Shown piece after piece: positions 10,673 to 22,242 of a DNA stretch of 32,415 bases. The stretch comes from Phoronis australis. Lineage: Eukaryota > Animalia > Phoronida. A program made the translations under genes and the position numbers. Under the pieces are notes generated by a model. That model saw only the letters and a list, made by a program, of their open reading frames with translations, did no database searches and was not told where the DNA came from. The stretch's first letter is position 1. Each line of letters begins with the position of its first letter. The stretch spans positions 1 through 32,415 of the forward strand of contig NMRA01000614.1 in assembly GCA_002633005.1 (NCBI GenBank). The letters are read 5' to 3'.

Positions 10673-12096
10673 CTTCGCGTACCAGAAGTAAACTTAAAGA
10701 GTCATCAAACCCGTACTTTCTCACAAAGACATTTTTTTCATTTAAGTCAATTGATCAATCGCAAGCTCTGCCCCCTTGTTAAAAGTTACCGACGTCATGT
10801 TGTTTTTCGGGTAAAATGGCGGCTTGGAAACTTAGACAAATGTGTGTCAAGAATGTTGCATTCTAATTGGTCAGCTAAGACGTCAGTCAAAATCCAGACC
10901 AGTTGGCCTCAAATAGTACCTTAGTCAAGTTGGAGGCGATTTCGTGGTTTCGAGAGAACTGTCTGACAGTTCGCTTTTTCTTCAGATCGAGCTTATCAAA
11001 TTTTTGTTCCTGTTATGCGTAATGGTCTGATATAACGTGCCCGCATTTAGAGAACCAGTTTTCTCCACTGAATAACGGACACCAAACTGGTTCTCAAAAT
11101 ATGGGCAGTCGTATCGTCATATTCGACTATTGCCCATGCAGTGACCTGAAAGGTTATGAGCTTAATATCTAAGGAATAACAAACCCCGGGCTCTTCCTGA
11201 GAGATAATGTATGAGTAAGGAACAAGGTAAGTCTAATCTTGCAACGCGGAGCGTTGAAATGTGCCCACGACTGCAGCGCAAACAGTGTGCTTCTAGGGGG
11301 GTGTGTTTAATACATGCTTGCACACAGGGGAGCTCGGGGGGCTCGTCTGGGACAATCAATCGTATTTTTACTGAAAGTTACATGAAATAGGTTGTTTTCT
11401 CCTTTAAGACCTGATACAGAAGAGGAGTTTCATTGTTAACTCGATGACAATTTTAGGCAAAAGCTTAACTTCACAACTGGAAAATTGAACATATTCTGAT
11501 TTATTGGGGTTCGTGGAATGTTTGCACGATTTTTTCCTAAAAGCAATGGTTGACTTATTTCATGCGTAATGTACATTTTACATGTACTAGTGGCTAAAAC
11601 CACTGCAGTCTAGTGTACAGGTGGCCAAGTATGTATTATTAAAAATGGCATGCGCCAAAACCACTTTTGGTTGATTGAAAATCTCCAAGTTGTTATTACA
11701 AGAAGGTGAGGGATGAGAGGCCTGTGCACCGCCATTATCTTCATCGTTGGTGTCGACTGGGGGTATCGAAGTTGACAATGGCCGATGAACCAAACTGGGA
11801 GTATCATGATATTTGCGATGATCACCGCGGGGGCACAGTTTGATGATGAAATGAAATACATGTATGTCTCACGGACTTCGCCTTATGATAATCCTTGCCC
11901 TCGAGCTCACAACGCATCTGTTGTCACATTTGACCTGGCAGTCAGTGTTACTCTTGACACACTATCACACGAACACAAAGATTTGTAGTCGACTTTAGTT
12001 AGTGATAAGGCTTCTACAGGGCAACGAACTGAAGGTTATGCGTTTAAAAGAGTGCACACTTGCTATCTTAGAGTCATACCGATAGTGGCTTGGATC

Positions 12097-12355
12097 ATGA
12101 AGTTCGCCAAAAATAGTTTTATCGTTGCTAATATTGTGTTGGTTATTGTAGGAATATTTTTCTATTACCATAGTGAAGTGCCCTGTTTGCTGACCCGATG
12201 CACTTCTTCAACAGTTGCATGCGTTTTGAACGAAGACTGCCGCAACGCTGTCATATGTCAAGGGAGTTGCGGAAGTAATATGAATTGCACCTACGCGTGC
12301 CTCGCAAGTTACGAGAACGACATATTTAAAAACTTTGTGCAGTGTGGCATCTCAG
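12097..12355 (+). CDS. VDE-like: Violaxanthin de-epoxidase-like protein, exon 1 (signal/anchor + Cys-rich domain)
   Basis: atcATG start, hydrophobic FIVANIVLVIVGIFFYY, then CLLTRC..C..C..C..C..C..C..YEN..C with VDE Cys spacing. cag|gtaat donor, phase 1. Confidence 0.92.
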
Positions 12356-13116
12356 GTAATGAAACAATGATAACTAATCTGTGTCAGTGTATGGCCTAAA
12401 AGACCCGTACAAGAACTTGGCCCAGTTTTAGACCTGTCGATAAAGATAGTAAAATACCATATACCTTGGTTCCCTTATTTTATATGATAGGATTTTCACG
12501 GCCTTTCTCGTCTCTAGGAGTGATGCGGGCTATATCTAATGTATGGAAATACACTACAGGTTTGTAGGCGTTCACTTCTCGTGAGCAACCTAGAGCATTC
12601 CTTATCCTGGGGCGGATCTAGGGGACTGAGTGAAGGTACACGCGTCGTCAGTTGCCAAGGGGGCGGGGGCACCGAAGCGTCGTCCGATCAACCAAAACAA
12701 GAAGAGGACAAAGACGTGGGAAGGTTTTCCTTAGGATAAATGCACCCCAGCCCCCCACCAAAGACACCATAACACCGCGGTTGTATTTTTCCTGTTTGTT
12801 CCTAATAGACCTCTTCTGTGGGTTTTGAAATTGTTTTATTGGTCATTGTGAGCGATCACCGTCGTCCTCTGAGATACCTCTAACCATAGACCTGTACTTT
12901 AACTTTTTGGTGATGTACCTTTTCTAACAAACGTAGCTTATTGGTTTTAGCGTATGGAAAATATGAGAATCCCGGAAAATATGATCTCTATATCTGATAA
13001 TTTCTGCTACGCAACTGGCCCCTCTGCTGACTTTGATCGACTGGCACGGTGTGTATATGTTTATGAAGTATGCATAACTTGACGTCAAATCAATTTAAGT
13101 GCATTGTGTTTTTTAG

Positions 13117-13376
13117 ATGAACAGTGTATCATTCCGGAAGTCGATCCGAATCAGCCTGAATGCAATGTTCCAGCTGTGGATCGATTAAGTAAAGAATTTG
13201 CACTTAGCAAGCTCGTTGGTAAATGGTACATTGTGTATGGGTTAAATCCAATCTATGATTGCTTTAACGGCCAGTGGAGTAAATACGAAGAAAAAGACAA
13301 TGAAACGCTTTTTCTCACGGAGTTTTATGACGTCATCGCACTCAATGGAAGTACGAGGACAATGCGCGTAAGAGAG
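13117..13376 (+). CDS. VDE-like: Violaxanthin de-epoxidase-like protein, exon 2 (start of lipocalin domain)
   Basis: ttttttag acceptor, phase-compatible (GIS|DEQC). Encodes GKWYIVYGLNPIYDCFNGQ (cf. plant VDE GKWYITSGLNPTFDAFDCQ). gag|gtaaat donor, phase 0. Confidence 0.93.
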
Positions 13377-14642
13377 GTAAATTGACGTTCTGAATTTAAA
13401 GCGGCAAATTCCGTCTTACAGCAGAAAAACCTTTTCGGTGAAAATGGTCCCAAATTGTTCCCTATTCAAAGTGGAGAGGATATTATGACTTCGAAAAAAT
13501 TGACACTACGTTATTGATTGACACCATGCTCTACAAAATGACGCCATTTTATACGATTAGTCTCAGCCAATAATGAACGCTCATTTCTTTGAAAACCCTG
13601 GACATCACTTCTTGTTTGAGTAAAGAACAAGTTTAGATTAACTTTATCGCAGTAAGTGCTCTTAATCAAAATTTTGCTTCTTGAAGGTACCGCCGATTGA
13701 CAGGCCCTTTAAGTGTTTACAAAAATTATTAATTAAAGAATTTGACGACTTTGTGGCTCAAACTATTAATCAACGAATTGTCACATTTAAAGCGACATGC
13801 ATTGTACCGGGTTGTATCGAAATACCAAAAATGATCAACTTTAAACTACAATAAAACAAACTTCCGTCAAAATTCCAGGATGCAATCACAATTTATTGAT
13901 TACACTTCGGTCCTTCCCAGCACCGTCGTGAGCTGAAAATCACAATTACAGATTCAAAAAATCAAAGCTGTTGTCGAATGGAATGCAATATGTGGAATAG
14001 ACATCACCTTATTTACGGAGATGTTGCCTGTCAAATCCTCATTGACAGTTATGACAATTAACATGTCGCAAGCTAGGTGGCGAACTATTTTGATGTTTAC
14101 GGAGTAAAGTCGTTTTTACCTGCATTTTCACTAATTGCAGACTTCAATGCAATATCCGTTGAGAGTTCAAGTATAGTACGCTGAATGTAGTTAGGCAGAT
14201 AAATCCAAGTTTCGGCAAAATCGTCCAATCTGTCACAAAAGCACAACTAGCCTGCATACTCATCATCAGATGATTTTGAAATTCCTTGATGGTTTTACAT
14301 CATGTCTTGATCATTCACTTAAAAGTAACTTCATGTGTTAAGTGTTCAAAAATCACCAACCCTTCAGATGAATTTCGTGGTACATATACATGTATACTGA
14401 ACCCTTACATTCCAAATAATTAAACCACAAAAATATGACGTCAACTTTTTCCATACGCTACATAACATAAAATGATCTCCGTCCCTAGATTAGTCAAGGT
14501 GTTGCTAAGGAGAAAATAGTATCCAAATGCTATCAATGTTGATAGGGTAATGGTCATCTAAAAGCGGCATTAAATTCGTGTCTTTCATATCGATTTTTTT
14601 CTAGTTTTTATGCGTTTTTTATGACTAAGTTCTTTTTTTCAG

Positions 14643-14803
14643 GATTTAGGTTATGTTGATGCTTCGGTGTCCAAATCGGTGCTCTATCTAAGATCCAACG
14701 AGCCAGGAGTGTATAGGGACGACGAGTTCCGAATCTTGGCGGCCGATCCCACGTGGTCACGCTATATCTTGGTCTATTACTGTGGAATGTGCGCTAACAT
14801 AAG
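14643..14803 (+). CDS. VDE-like: Violaxanthin de-epoxidase-like protein, exon 3
   Basis: tttttttcag acceptor. Encodes DLGYVDASVSKSVLYLRSNEPGVYRDDEFRILAADPTWSRYILVYYCGMCANI (cf. VLYNHDNEYLHYQDDWYIL..YIFVYYRG). ag|gtgaga donor, phase 2. Not in the ORF track. Confidence 0.9.
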
Positions 14804-14876
14804 GTGAGAATTCAATGGAAGATCACTGTAACTAAACGGCTGATCAACAGGTTTGATTATGGCAAGGAGAAGCGGG

Positions 14877-15440
14877 ACACTGGATGGGAAGGACTGATAT
14901 CCCGGTGCGAAGGACTGGTCTCCCGGTGGGAAGGACTGGTCTCCCGGTGGGAAAGACTGATGTCCCGTAGGAAGGACTGATGTTCCGGTGCATGGAAAGA
15001 CTGATATGTAGATGGGAAGGGCTGATATTCCGGAGAGAAGAACTGATATGTGGATAGGAAGGGCTAAGTTCCCGGTGGGAAGGACTGATATCCCGATGGG
15101 AAGGACTGATATCCCTTTGAGAAGGACTGATATCCCTTTGAGAAGGACTGATATCCCTTTTGGAAGTACCGATATCCCTTTGGGAAGGACTGATATCCCT
15201 TTGAGTAGGTCTGATATCCCTTTGAGAAGGACTGATATCCCTTTGGGAAGGACTGATATCCCTTTGGGAAAGACTGATATCCCTTTGGGAAGGACTGATA
15301 TCCCTTTGAGAAGGACTGATATCCCTTTGAGAAGGACTGATATCCCTTTGAGAAGGACTGATATCCCTTTGGGAAGGACTGATGTCCCGGGGGAAGGACT
15401 AATGTCATGGTGGGAAAGACGGACATATAAAGGGAAGGAT
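14877..15440. repeat. 21-bp minisatellite (gggaaggactgatatcccttt-type) in VDE-like intron 3
   Basis: About 25 units. Homogeneous at ~15100-15380, degenerate at both edges. Confidence 0.95.
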
Positions 15441-16201
15441 GAACAGGAAGTGAGAAGGAAGATCCAAAAAAATGTGTATTACTTGGAATTTATTTTACAT
15501 GAAAATTAAAAAAAAACGGTCATCCTTCCCAATTTTAGTATCGTCGTTTTTCCCGTCCAAAGTCCCGCGGCGACTTTTCAACTGCCTGACCAAGCTTGAA
15601 GTACATTTCGTCATGTTTGAGATCCTATCTCATCAGGGTAGTCAGTTGTGATAATAATGCACATTGATTGTCACAACTGCGTGCGATTCAAATCAGCCTG
15701 TCTGATTTATAGTGTATTGCCTGCATAACTAAAACAAATGCCCCACTTTTAAAAACTTTGGTAAGTCTGGGGCTATTTTGACCAGTGAAACACCATGATT
15801 CCTGGCCTACACTAGTTAATCACTAGTCATAAAAGCTTTTGGTGAAAAGTATCACACTAAAATGGAAAATGCTTCAGTACTTACCACCCACGGCTTGTCG
15901 GAGAATGAAACAAGAGTTACCCAAAGGCGCAATAGCTTTCAAGTTGCATATTTTATCTCCGCATGATTTCCAACACCATGTTGATCTCCACGAGGGGTAT
16001 TACAATGTGACGTCGAGTTAAGCTATTGAGCATGCGTTTCCGATAATGCATTTCTGCTATTTTGCTGCTGTGTCGTCTGCAACCTGACCAATCTAGCTGC
16101 TACGGGTTCACTAAGTAGAGAAGTTCATGACTGGATTCTCGCAGCAAGGTCGCTAATACTGTAAAAGATGAACATTGTAGGTGTTAGTGTATGTACGTGT
16201 A

Positions 16202-16710
16202 CAGGGGAGGATCCAGGATTTTGAGTTAGGGAATGCCGGGATTCGCACCCTCAAATTGGCAAATGGAATATGGGAGAATTTAAGGGGGCCATGACCCCCT
16301 TGACCCCCCCCCCCCCNNNNNNNNNNNNNNNNNNNNNNNNNNNNNNNNNNNNNNNNNNNNNNNNNNNNNNNNNNNNNNNNNNNNNNNNNNNNNNNNNNNN
16401 NNNNNNNNNNNNNNNNNNNNNNNNNNNNNNNNNNNNNNNNNNNNNNNNNNNNNNNNNNNNNNNNNNNNNNNNNNNNNNNNNNNNNNNNNNNNNNNNNNNN
16501 NNNNNNNNNNNNNNNNNNNNNNNNNNNNNNNNNCCCCCCCCCCCCCCTTAGGGACAAGATCAAGAATTAAAATTTCGCCAGAAAAATGAAATCAGCTACT
16601 AAAAACCACAAAAAATCCCCCTCCCGACCTTCCTTCCGCTCGGCGCTACGCGCCTCGGATTCACTCGAACCCTAAACCCCCCGCTTACCGAAAATGTAGA
16701 TCTGCCACTG
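16202..16710 (+). mobile_element. GC-rich-TIR MITE (CAGGGGCGGATCC-type) spanning the gap; may be two adjacent elements
   Basis: Begins caggggaggatccaggattttgagtta and ends agatctgccactg. The left part is closely similar to 30291-30448. Confidence 0.65.
16317..16533. other. Assembly gap (217 N) flanked by poly-C runs
   Basis: Run of N in the sequence. Confidence 1.
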
Positions 16711-17450
16711 CATAGCATGATCATACGTTATAGTAGCGGCGTAAACAGCCAGGCCCCGTCTATAACTCGATAGACACTGCACCAATTTACGCGTTACGGT
16801 TACATGTATATAGGATCCTAGAAAAATTCCAATCTTGGCCAAATTTGAAACATTACATCTCAGAAATGGCCACACGGATTCACATGAAACTTTCAGGTAA
16901 ATGTTTTTTATACACTGTTTTCGAACGCGCTGTAAGGGATGGTTTTAAAGTGTTCCACTTTTACATGAGGGACTTTCAAAAATAGGGCTTATGTGATTTT
17001 GATGAATTGCTTTTAAGTTGCATAAACGAAAACGAAACTATAATTTAGAAAACTGTTTGAGATTTTATCTTGAACATTTATTTTATAGGAAATTTGTTCA
17101 TGTACCACCTTTCTTTGTCACTAAATTTTACTAAAAAGCATGAAATTGTGACACAATTACTGCAGTCTTGTCCATCATCCTACATACCTTATATAATAAA
17201 TGGAAGTGATATCATATTGGTGTTCAGTAACAATTTACGAACAACATTAACGTGCGTGCGCTCACTGGCGGATCTAGGATCCCGCAAGAGTAGAGGGGAT
17301 GGTCCAACCACAGTTTCGAAGGAATTCGCGTACGCCTTAAAAACGCCATGCCAACGGCTTTATTTTTTGTCGAAGGGGCCTGCTGCTTCCCTCTTTACCC
17401 CCCCCCCATGTCGTGTCATTTCTTTCACCAAGCATTTCTGTTTTTAATAG

Positions 17451-17580
17451 GTACGAAGGAGCAATAGTCTATTCGCGTGACCCCGTGCTGAGAGAAGAGA
17501 GTCTCCCCGATCTGAAAGATGACATGAAACGACATGGATGGACATTTGATCAATTTTGCCCTGTACTACATTTCCCATAG
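17451..17580 (+). CDS. VDE-like: Violaxanthin de-epoxidase-like protein, exon 4 (terminal)
   Basis: tttttaatag acceptor, phase-compatible (AG|G = R). Encodes YEGAIVYSRDPVLREESLPDLKDDMKRHGWTFDQFCPVLHFP* (cf. [35 protein letters not shown]). Spliced CDS is 810 nt. Confidence 0.9.
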
Positions 17581-17723
17581 TGCTTGGTAACAAATGGCGC
17601 TGCGAGGGAACGTGTAGTCATTTAGTTAACTAGGCAATGTCAACTTCTAACAACAATATATGTGGTATCTAAAGCTGAACTCGGGTTATCAGCTTTTTAT
17701 TAATCCGTGTGTTCTTTTTCCAC

Positions 17724-17729
17724 AATAAA
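17724..17729 (+). terminator. Candidate polyadenylation signal of the VDE-like gene
   Basis: AATAAA ~145 nt after the stop codon, followed by T/GT-rich sequence. Confidence 0.5.
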
Positions 17730-18697
17730 GTTACAAGCAGGTGTCAACGCATATCTCATTTTGTGTTTTTATTCTTCGTGCTTTTCTTTTCATAATAGTA
17801 GTGTTGAGCTGAAAACAAGTGAAACTTTATCGTTTCGAACAAGACAAATCAAGCTTCAATCTGTTACTGTTATAAAATTCAATTTGTTCCCCAGTTTTTG
17901 CTCACGTGTTTCGCATTCACGCGTATGCGCCTAGTTCCGCACAGGTGATAGATCAGAGCATATACGGTGACAGTAAACAGGTTTTACTTACATCTGTTTG
18001 TTCCCAGAACTGATGTGGACTTCGTCATTGGCAAATTGCATTAAAATGTACCATTACCACGTGCTTACAAAAAGGTACTTCAGATGAAGTTTCAGAAACG
18101 TGCTCCTTCATGAAAATAATGTTAGTTTTAATGCATTTTATTTTTGTTTGTCCTGTAGAAGCAAATCTACAAGAAGGCTTAGTGTTAAGGAGACATATCA
18201 GCGACAATGCGAACGACAAACATGCACGCATGTGAATAGAAACACAAGAATTTCCTTTTGAGATAACACTTCAACAATTGCTTACTACAGATTACTGTCA
18301 CAGACATTACGTCGATATTTTTAATATGTTTACTTTTGCTTTTCGAAAATAATGGTAGGCCAATGACACAACCTCCAGGAACCATGTTACTACATAAACA
18401 CACTGGATGGCAAAATGTTTCAGTTAAGCAAGATGTCAAAAACACAGTACACTGCAGGTAAAAAAATATAAATCCCAATGGCTTGTGTAGCAAAACTCGA
18501 GCAAGCCCGATATTACTGGAAATGGCCAATTTGTCTCGCACAACAATCCAACGCTCGATTTCGTTTCAAAATGGCTATTTAAAAGAACCTACTCCTTCAA
18601 TGTGCTGCAGTTCGTTGACTCTTCTTCTCGCAAACACTCAAGAAATTTACCCTGGCTTCTTTACACCGGACGTGACACCACCGTCAGCGCATTCAGT

Positions 18698-18737
18698 CGG
18701 CCATCTTATGGCGTAGCAAACAGATGATGACGTCATC
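18698..18737. promoter_or_regulatory. Possible promoter motifs: YY1-like site and CRE palindrome
   Basis: Minus strand aagatggccg lies next to the 12-bp palindrome gatgacgtcatc (18726-18737). Could instead be transposon-internal. Confidence 0.25.
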
Positions 18738-21700
18738 TCCTCCATTCAGTTGAGGCGGTATTTCGCTCTGTTTAGCTGGCAAAAACAGAAATTGAATTAA
18801 AACTTTTACTCGCATAAAATCGATGTCATGATATTCTTTATCACCAGTTGAATAAAAAATTTAGATATTCAAACGTGTTTGATCTTGCTTTTACCACTGA
18901 AGTGAGACGCCAATGTGCACTGGCATGAAAGGGGACGAGGATTAGTTGAAATCCCCAAAACATGGTCTGCTACCCTATTTTGAATCGGTAATTGTTAATA
19001 AAATCACCACAAGAAGTTTAGATATGTATATCCTACCCGAAAAAGATGTGAACGTGTGTTTTGCGGAACTAAAACGAACTATTTCCTTGAACCGTGAATA
19101 CTGTACAAAATTTATGTTGATTTACTTATAATTTTGTAGTACGAAAACGCAAAATTTTATTTCCGTTAGACCGTGCTTAAAACACTTTTTCCCTCCGCCC
19201 ATCCTCGCTGCTCTGAGATATGAAGGTCGGTAGGTAAAATGTTTTGTTTTTGCAATATTCATAGTCGCGGTTAACCAGTCGGTTAGCCAATATGACTAAA
19301 CGTCAGAACTCATCATAATCACAAATATGAGAGAATCATACACGAGTCTCAGGTTTATGACATTGCCAAAACCTTTTGAAATTTTCATCAAAATCCCGAG
19401 GCTTGCCGTAAAAACGATCATTTTTGCCGAAAAACTCGACGTGTCTAAAACTTTCAACCACATGATGCAGCTTTTGTAAAAACACGCTTGCGCAATGTAG
19501 AGAAATTCCGTTACTCTTTGTCAATAGTTTTACTATAAGCTTAAAAATTGTGTATTGCATTCAGCTTTCGTAGCAAATATTCGAGTTAGAATCTAATAAA
19601 TAGTCTTTGAAGTTGTAATATTAAAACTTAAAAATTGTTTATAAATAATAGTCAGCAAGGCTTTCCCGCACGTGTGCACTAAATTGACCTTGAGACAGCC
19701 CCGCCAGACAGTCAACTCGTAGCGCTTCTTGAGTTGGGGCTCGTCTCCGTTTGAATGAACGTGGATATGGAATTAGCCGCCGAAGATGAGTTTGTTTAAG
19801 AAGTTATTTGCATGTCCTTCCGACTGGGAGTACGTACAGTTGGGACATCCGATTTGTCGATCATAACCTTGTCACCTTCTTGGAATTCCGGCATTGTTTG
19901 GTTGGCGCGCGTTTGATTGTTTTATTTTTTTTTCTGCAGACGATAAAATGTAAGGCGTATGGATTTCTACTTTGCACTACTTTGTGGGTCGTCCATGTAA
20001 TATCAAAAAAAATTCGTACTCGGTGTTATTAACCAGTCGTGTCGTAGCACATTCCAGGTCATGTGAGAAATGGAATTCTTTTATATTGAGGAATATTATG
20101 AGACCTATTTTATGAGGGTAAAAGGACTCTAATTTATTTTTTGTTGTTTTTAGTCAAACAGGGCAAAGCGCAGTTTTAAATAATAGCGTCCAATATCAGT
20201 TTTACAATGACGTAATCAACTTGCAATAAACACGAGAATAGACATAAGCACAGATACAAAATAACATCTATTTACTTACCTCGAGGCAAAATGGCAAATT
20301 GGAATTGACAGAAGAAACTTCCTGCCTTAGTTTCTTTACATCAATTAAAATTATTTCTTAATCGCAACAATCACCATCTAGACTGAAATACGGCGAGACA
20401 ATCGTGGTTCATATTGAAATTGACGCCGGGTTTGTGAGACCAAATTGTGCATTCTTATGTGACGTTGTTTGAGCTGAAATAGATGTCTCACTGAAGTCTT
20501 TCCTTAAAATACGAAATTAAATGGATTGGTGTAATTTATGTGTCAAAGCCAAACTAGTGAAAAATTCTAGGTAATCAAAATCGAGAAAAAAAGTTTTCAC
20601 CCTGATTTAAGAAAATCCATGAAATATAATCAATTCAAAGCAGTTTAATCATCAAACTTGATGTCGTGCGAGGACATTAATCCTTTTCAAAATGAATTCA
20701 GACAAAAATTTAATAAGATGTTGCTTTTCAGTGACTCAAGTTTTTTTAATTGCATATTTCCGCGAGAGTTGCCTAATCGATTACTTTTCTCATCGAGTGT
20801 AGAGCTTAAGTGGATTCGCTGCCACGCTTCAATCCGCGCTTCTGCTTATTTCTGGAGAACTAATTTCTCACTCATGTTATATTTCTCGATCAACCAAAGA
20901 CCAATAAGAGTAGATCACCAAGGCAAATAATTAGGGAATATAATGTAACGGCAATGTACAAAAGACTGTTGGAGTTTCAAAACCGAAAGAAATGAAACAA
21001 GGGCAGTGTTTGCAATAGTAGGTCACAAGGTGGCAGTTTTGTTATCTCGTTTGATGAATGTTTGTTGTGCTTTGGAGCTAAGAGTTTGGAAAGTGAGGCT
21101 TCAAAGCTGCCATGCCTTCCAGCAACCAATTTCACTGCATTATTTCTAAATAACCAGTCTTGTTTCACTCATAAACACAACATAAAAACTGCCTTAAAAT
21201 TATATTCACATAAACATCATGTAACCCCATAGATCCAGTACATCGCCTTCCACGAACGCTTTCTTGAAATGCAATCTCATGTCTTCCTTGCTCGCCAATG
21301 GATACTGTGTATTACCTACAACGGTAAACTTTCATGATTCGAAGTGCCAATTTCACAGATTCCGGTGTTAAATATAAATATCTTAGATAAATAATCAAAG
21401 TCCTGTTAAAATTGTTAAGACCTAATTCTCTTCTGTACGCTAAAACATATCACACATTGGTCTAATATTTGTAATACTTAGTACTTTCATCTCAGCAAAC
21501 AACGATCCTCGATTGTTGACCGAATGCTATTTTTCTGGAAGAGGCAAACTGTAACATTGATTCGAAAAGTGACAATTTCCGTCGTTATAAAATCAATTAT
21601 TTGCATTTAATACAAGAATGGCACGGACTATTGTTACACTCTTTCCTAGTCCACGTTTCCATGCAGGTGGCGCTTCGACAGATTGTACGACTACTACTAT

Positions 21701-21852
21701 ACCAGCCCAATCTTGTTTTTCGGTCATTCCACTTGGGTTTTTCAACCCTGGGAGTTATTTCATGCGCTGTACTTTTTAATATGGAACTAGCTAACAGGTA
21801 TTTATATTTGATAATTTAATATTGCGCGGGTCAGTACCATAATAATTGCGTT

Positions 21853-22242
21853 ATGCTTGGATTAAAATGCTTCGTTGCTCTTGTTATGATTTGCCGTGTG
21901 AAAACGACCTCGTCTCAGTTGCCTTTTTATGGAATTTCGGTGAATCTATGTGATGTGAACTTTACATCACGAGTGTACCAAGCCGAGTTCACCCCCCTCT
22001 CGAGTTCGTACCGGCCTCCTTTCTACAAGACGGAGCCGGCAAGAAGCGACATGGAGTGTCTGGTGATTTGCAAGCGAGATTCTAGCGTCTGTGTGTCAGC
22101 CTACTGGGATCCAAACATGCAGACGTGCCAACTAACTAACGCCACTCTTCATTCACAAACGGAATACAGTTCCCACCAGCTAACTAGATCTACCATGACA
22201 AACCTCCGAGCAAAGGAAATGGTTACATTTAAGAAAAACATT
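21853..22242 (+). CDS. CTHRC1-like: Secreted PAN/apple + CTHRC1-C domain protein, exon 1 (signal peptide + PAN-like domain)
   Basis: MLGLKCFVALVMIC signal-like start. SDMECLVICKRDSSVCVSAYW..TCQL fits the PAN/apple CxxxC..CxS..CxL pattern. att|gtaagt donor, phase 0. Confidence 0.82.

Noticed and set aside
12052-12096. GTG-initiated extension of the VDE-like ORF given in the ORF track
   Set aside because: Eukaryotic locus; the ATG at 12097 has good context (A at -3) and directly precedes the signal/anchor.
13396-13712. TTAA-AG...CT-TTAA bounded segment as a non-autonomous Kolobok element
   Set aside because: The terminal sequences do not form a convincing inverted repeat.
15012-15509. 165-aa and antisense 120-aa repeat ORFs (RTDIPLG / GYQSFSK)
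   Set aside because: By-products of a 21-bp (multiple of 3) minisatellite inside VDE-like intron 3; no supporting splice context.
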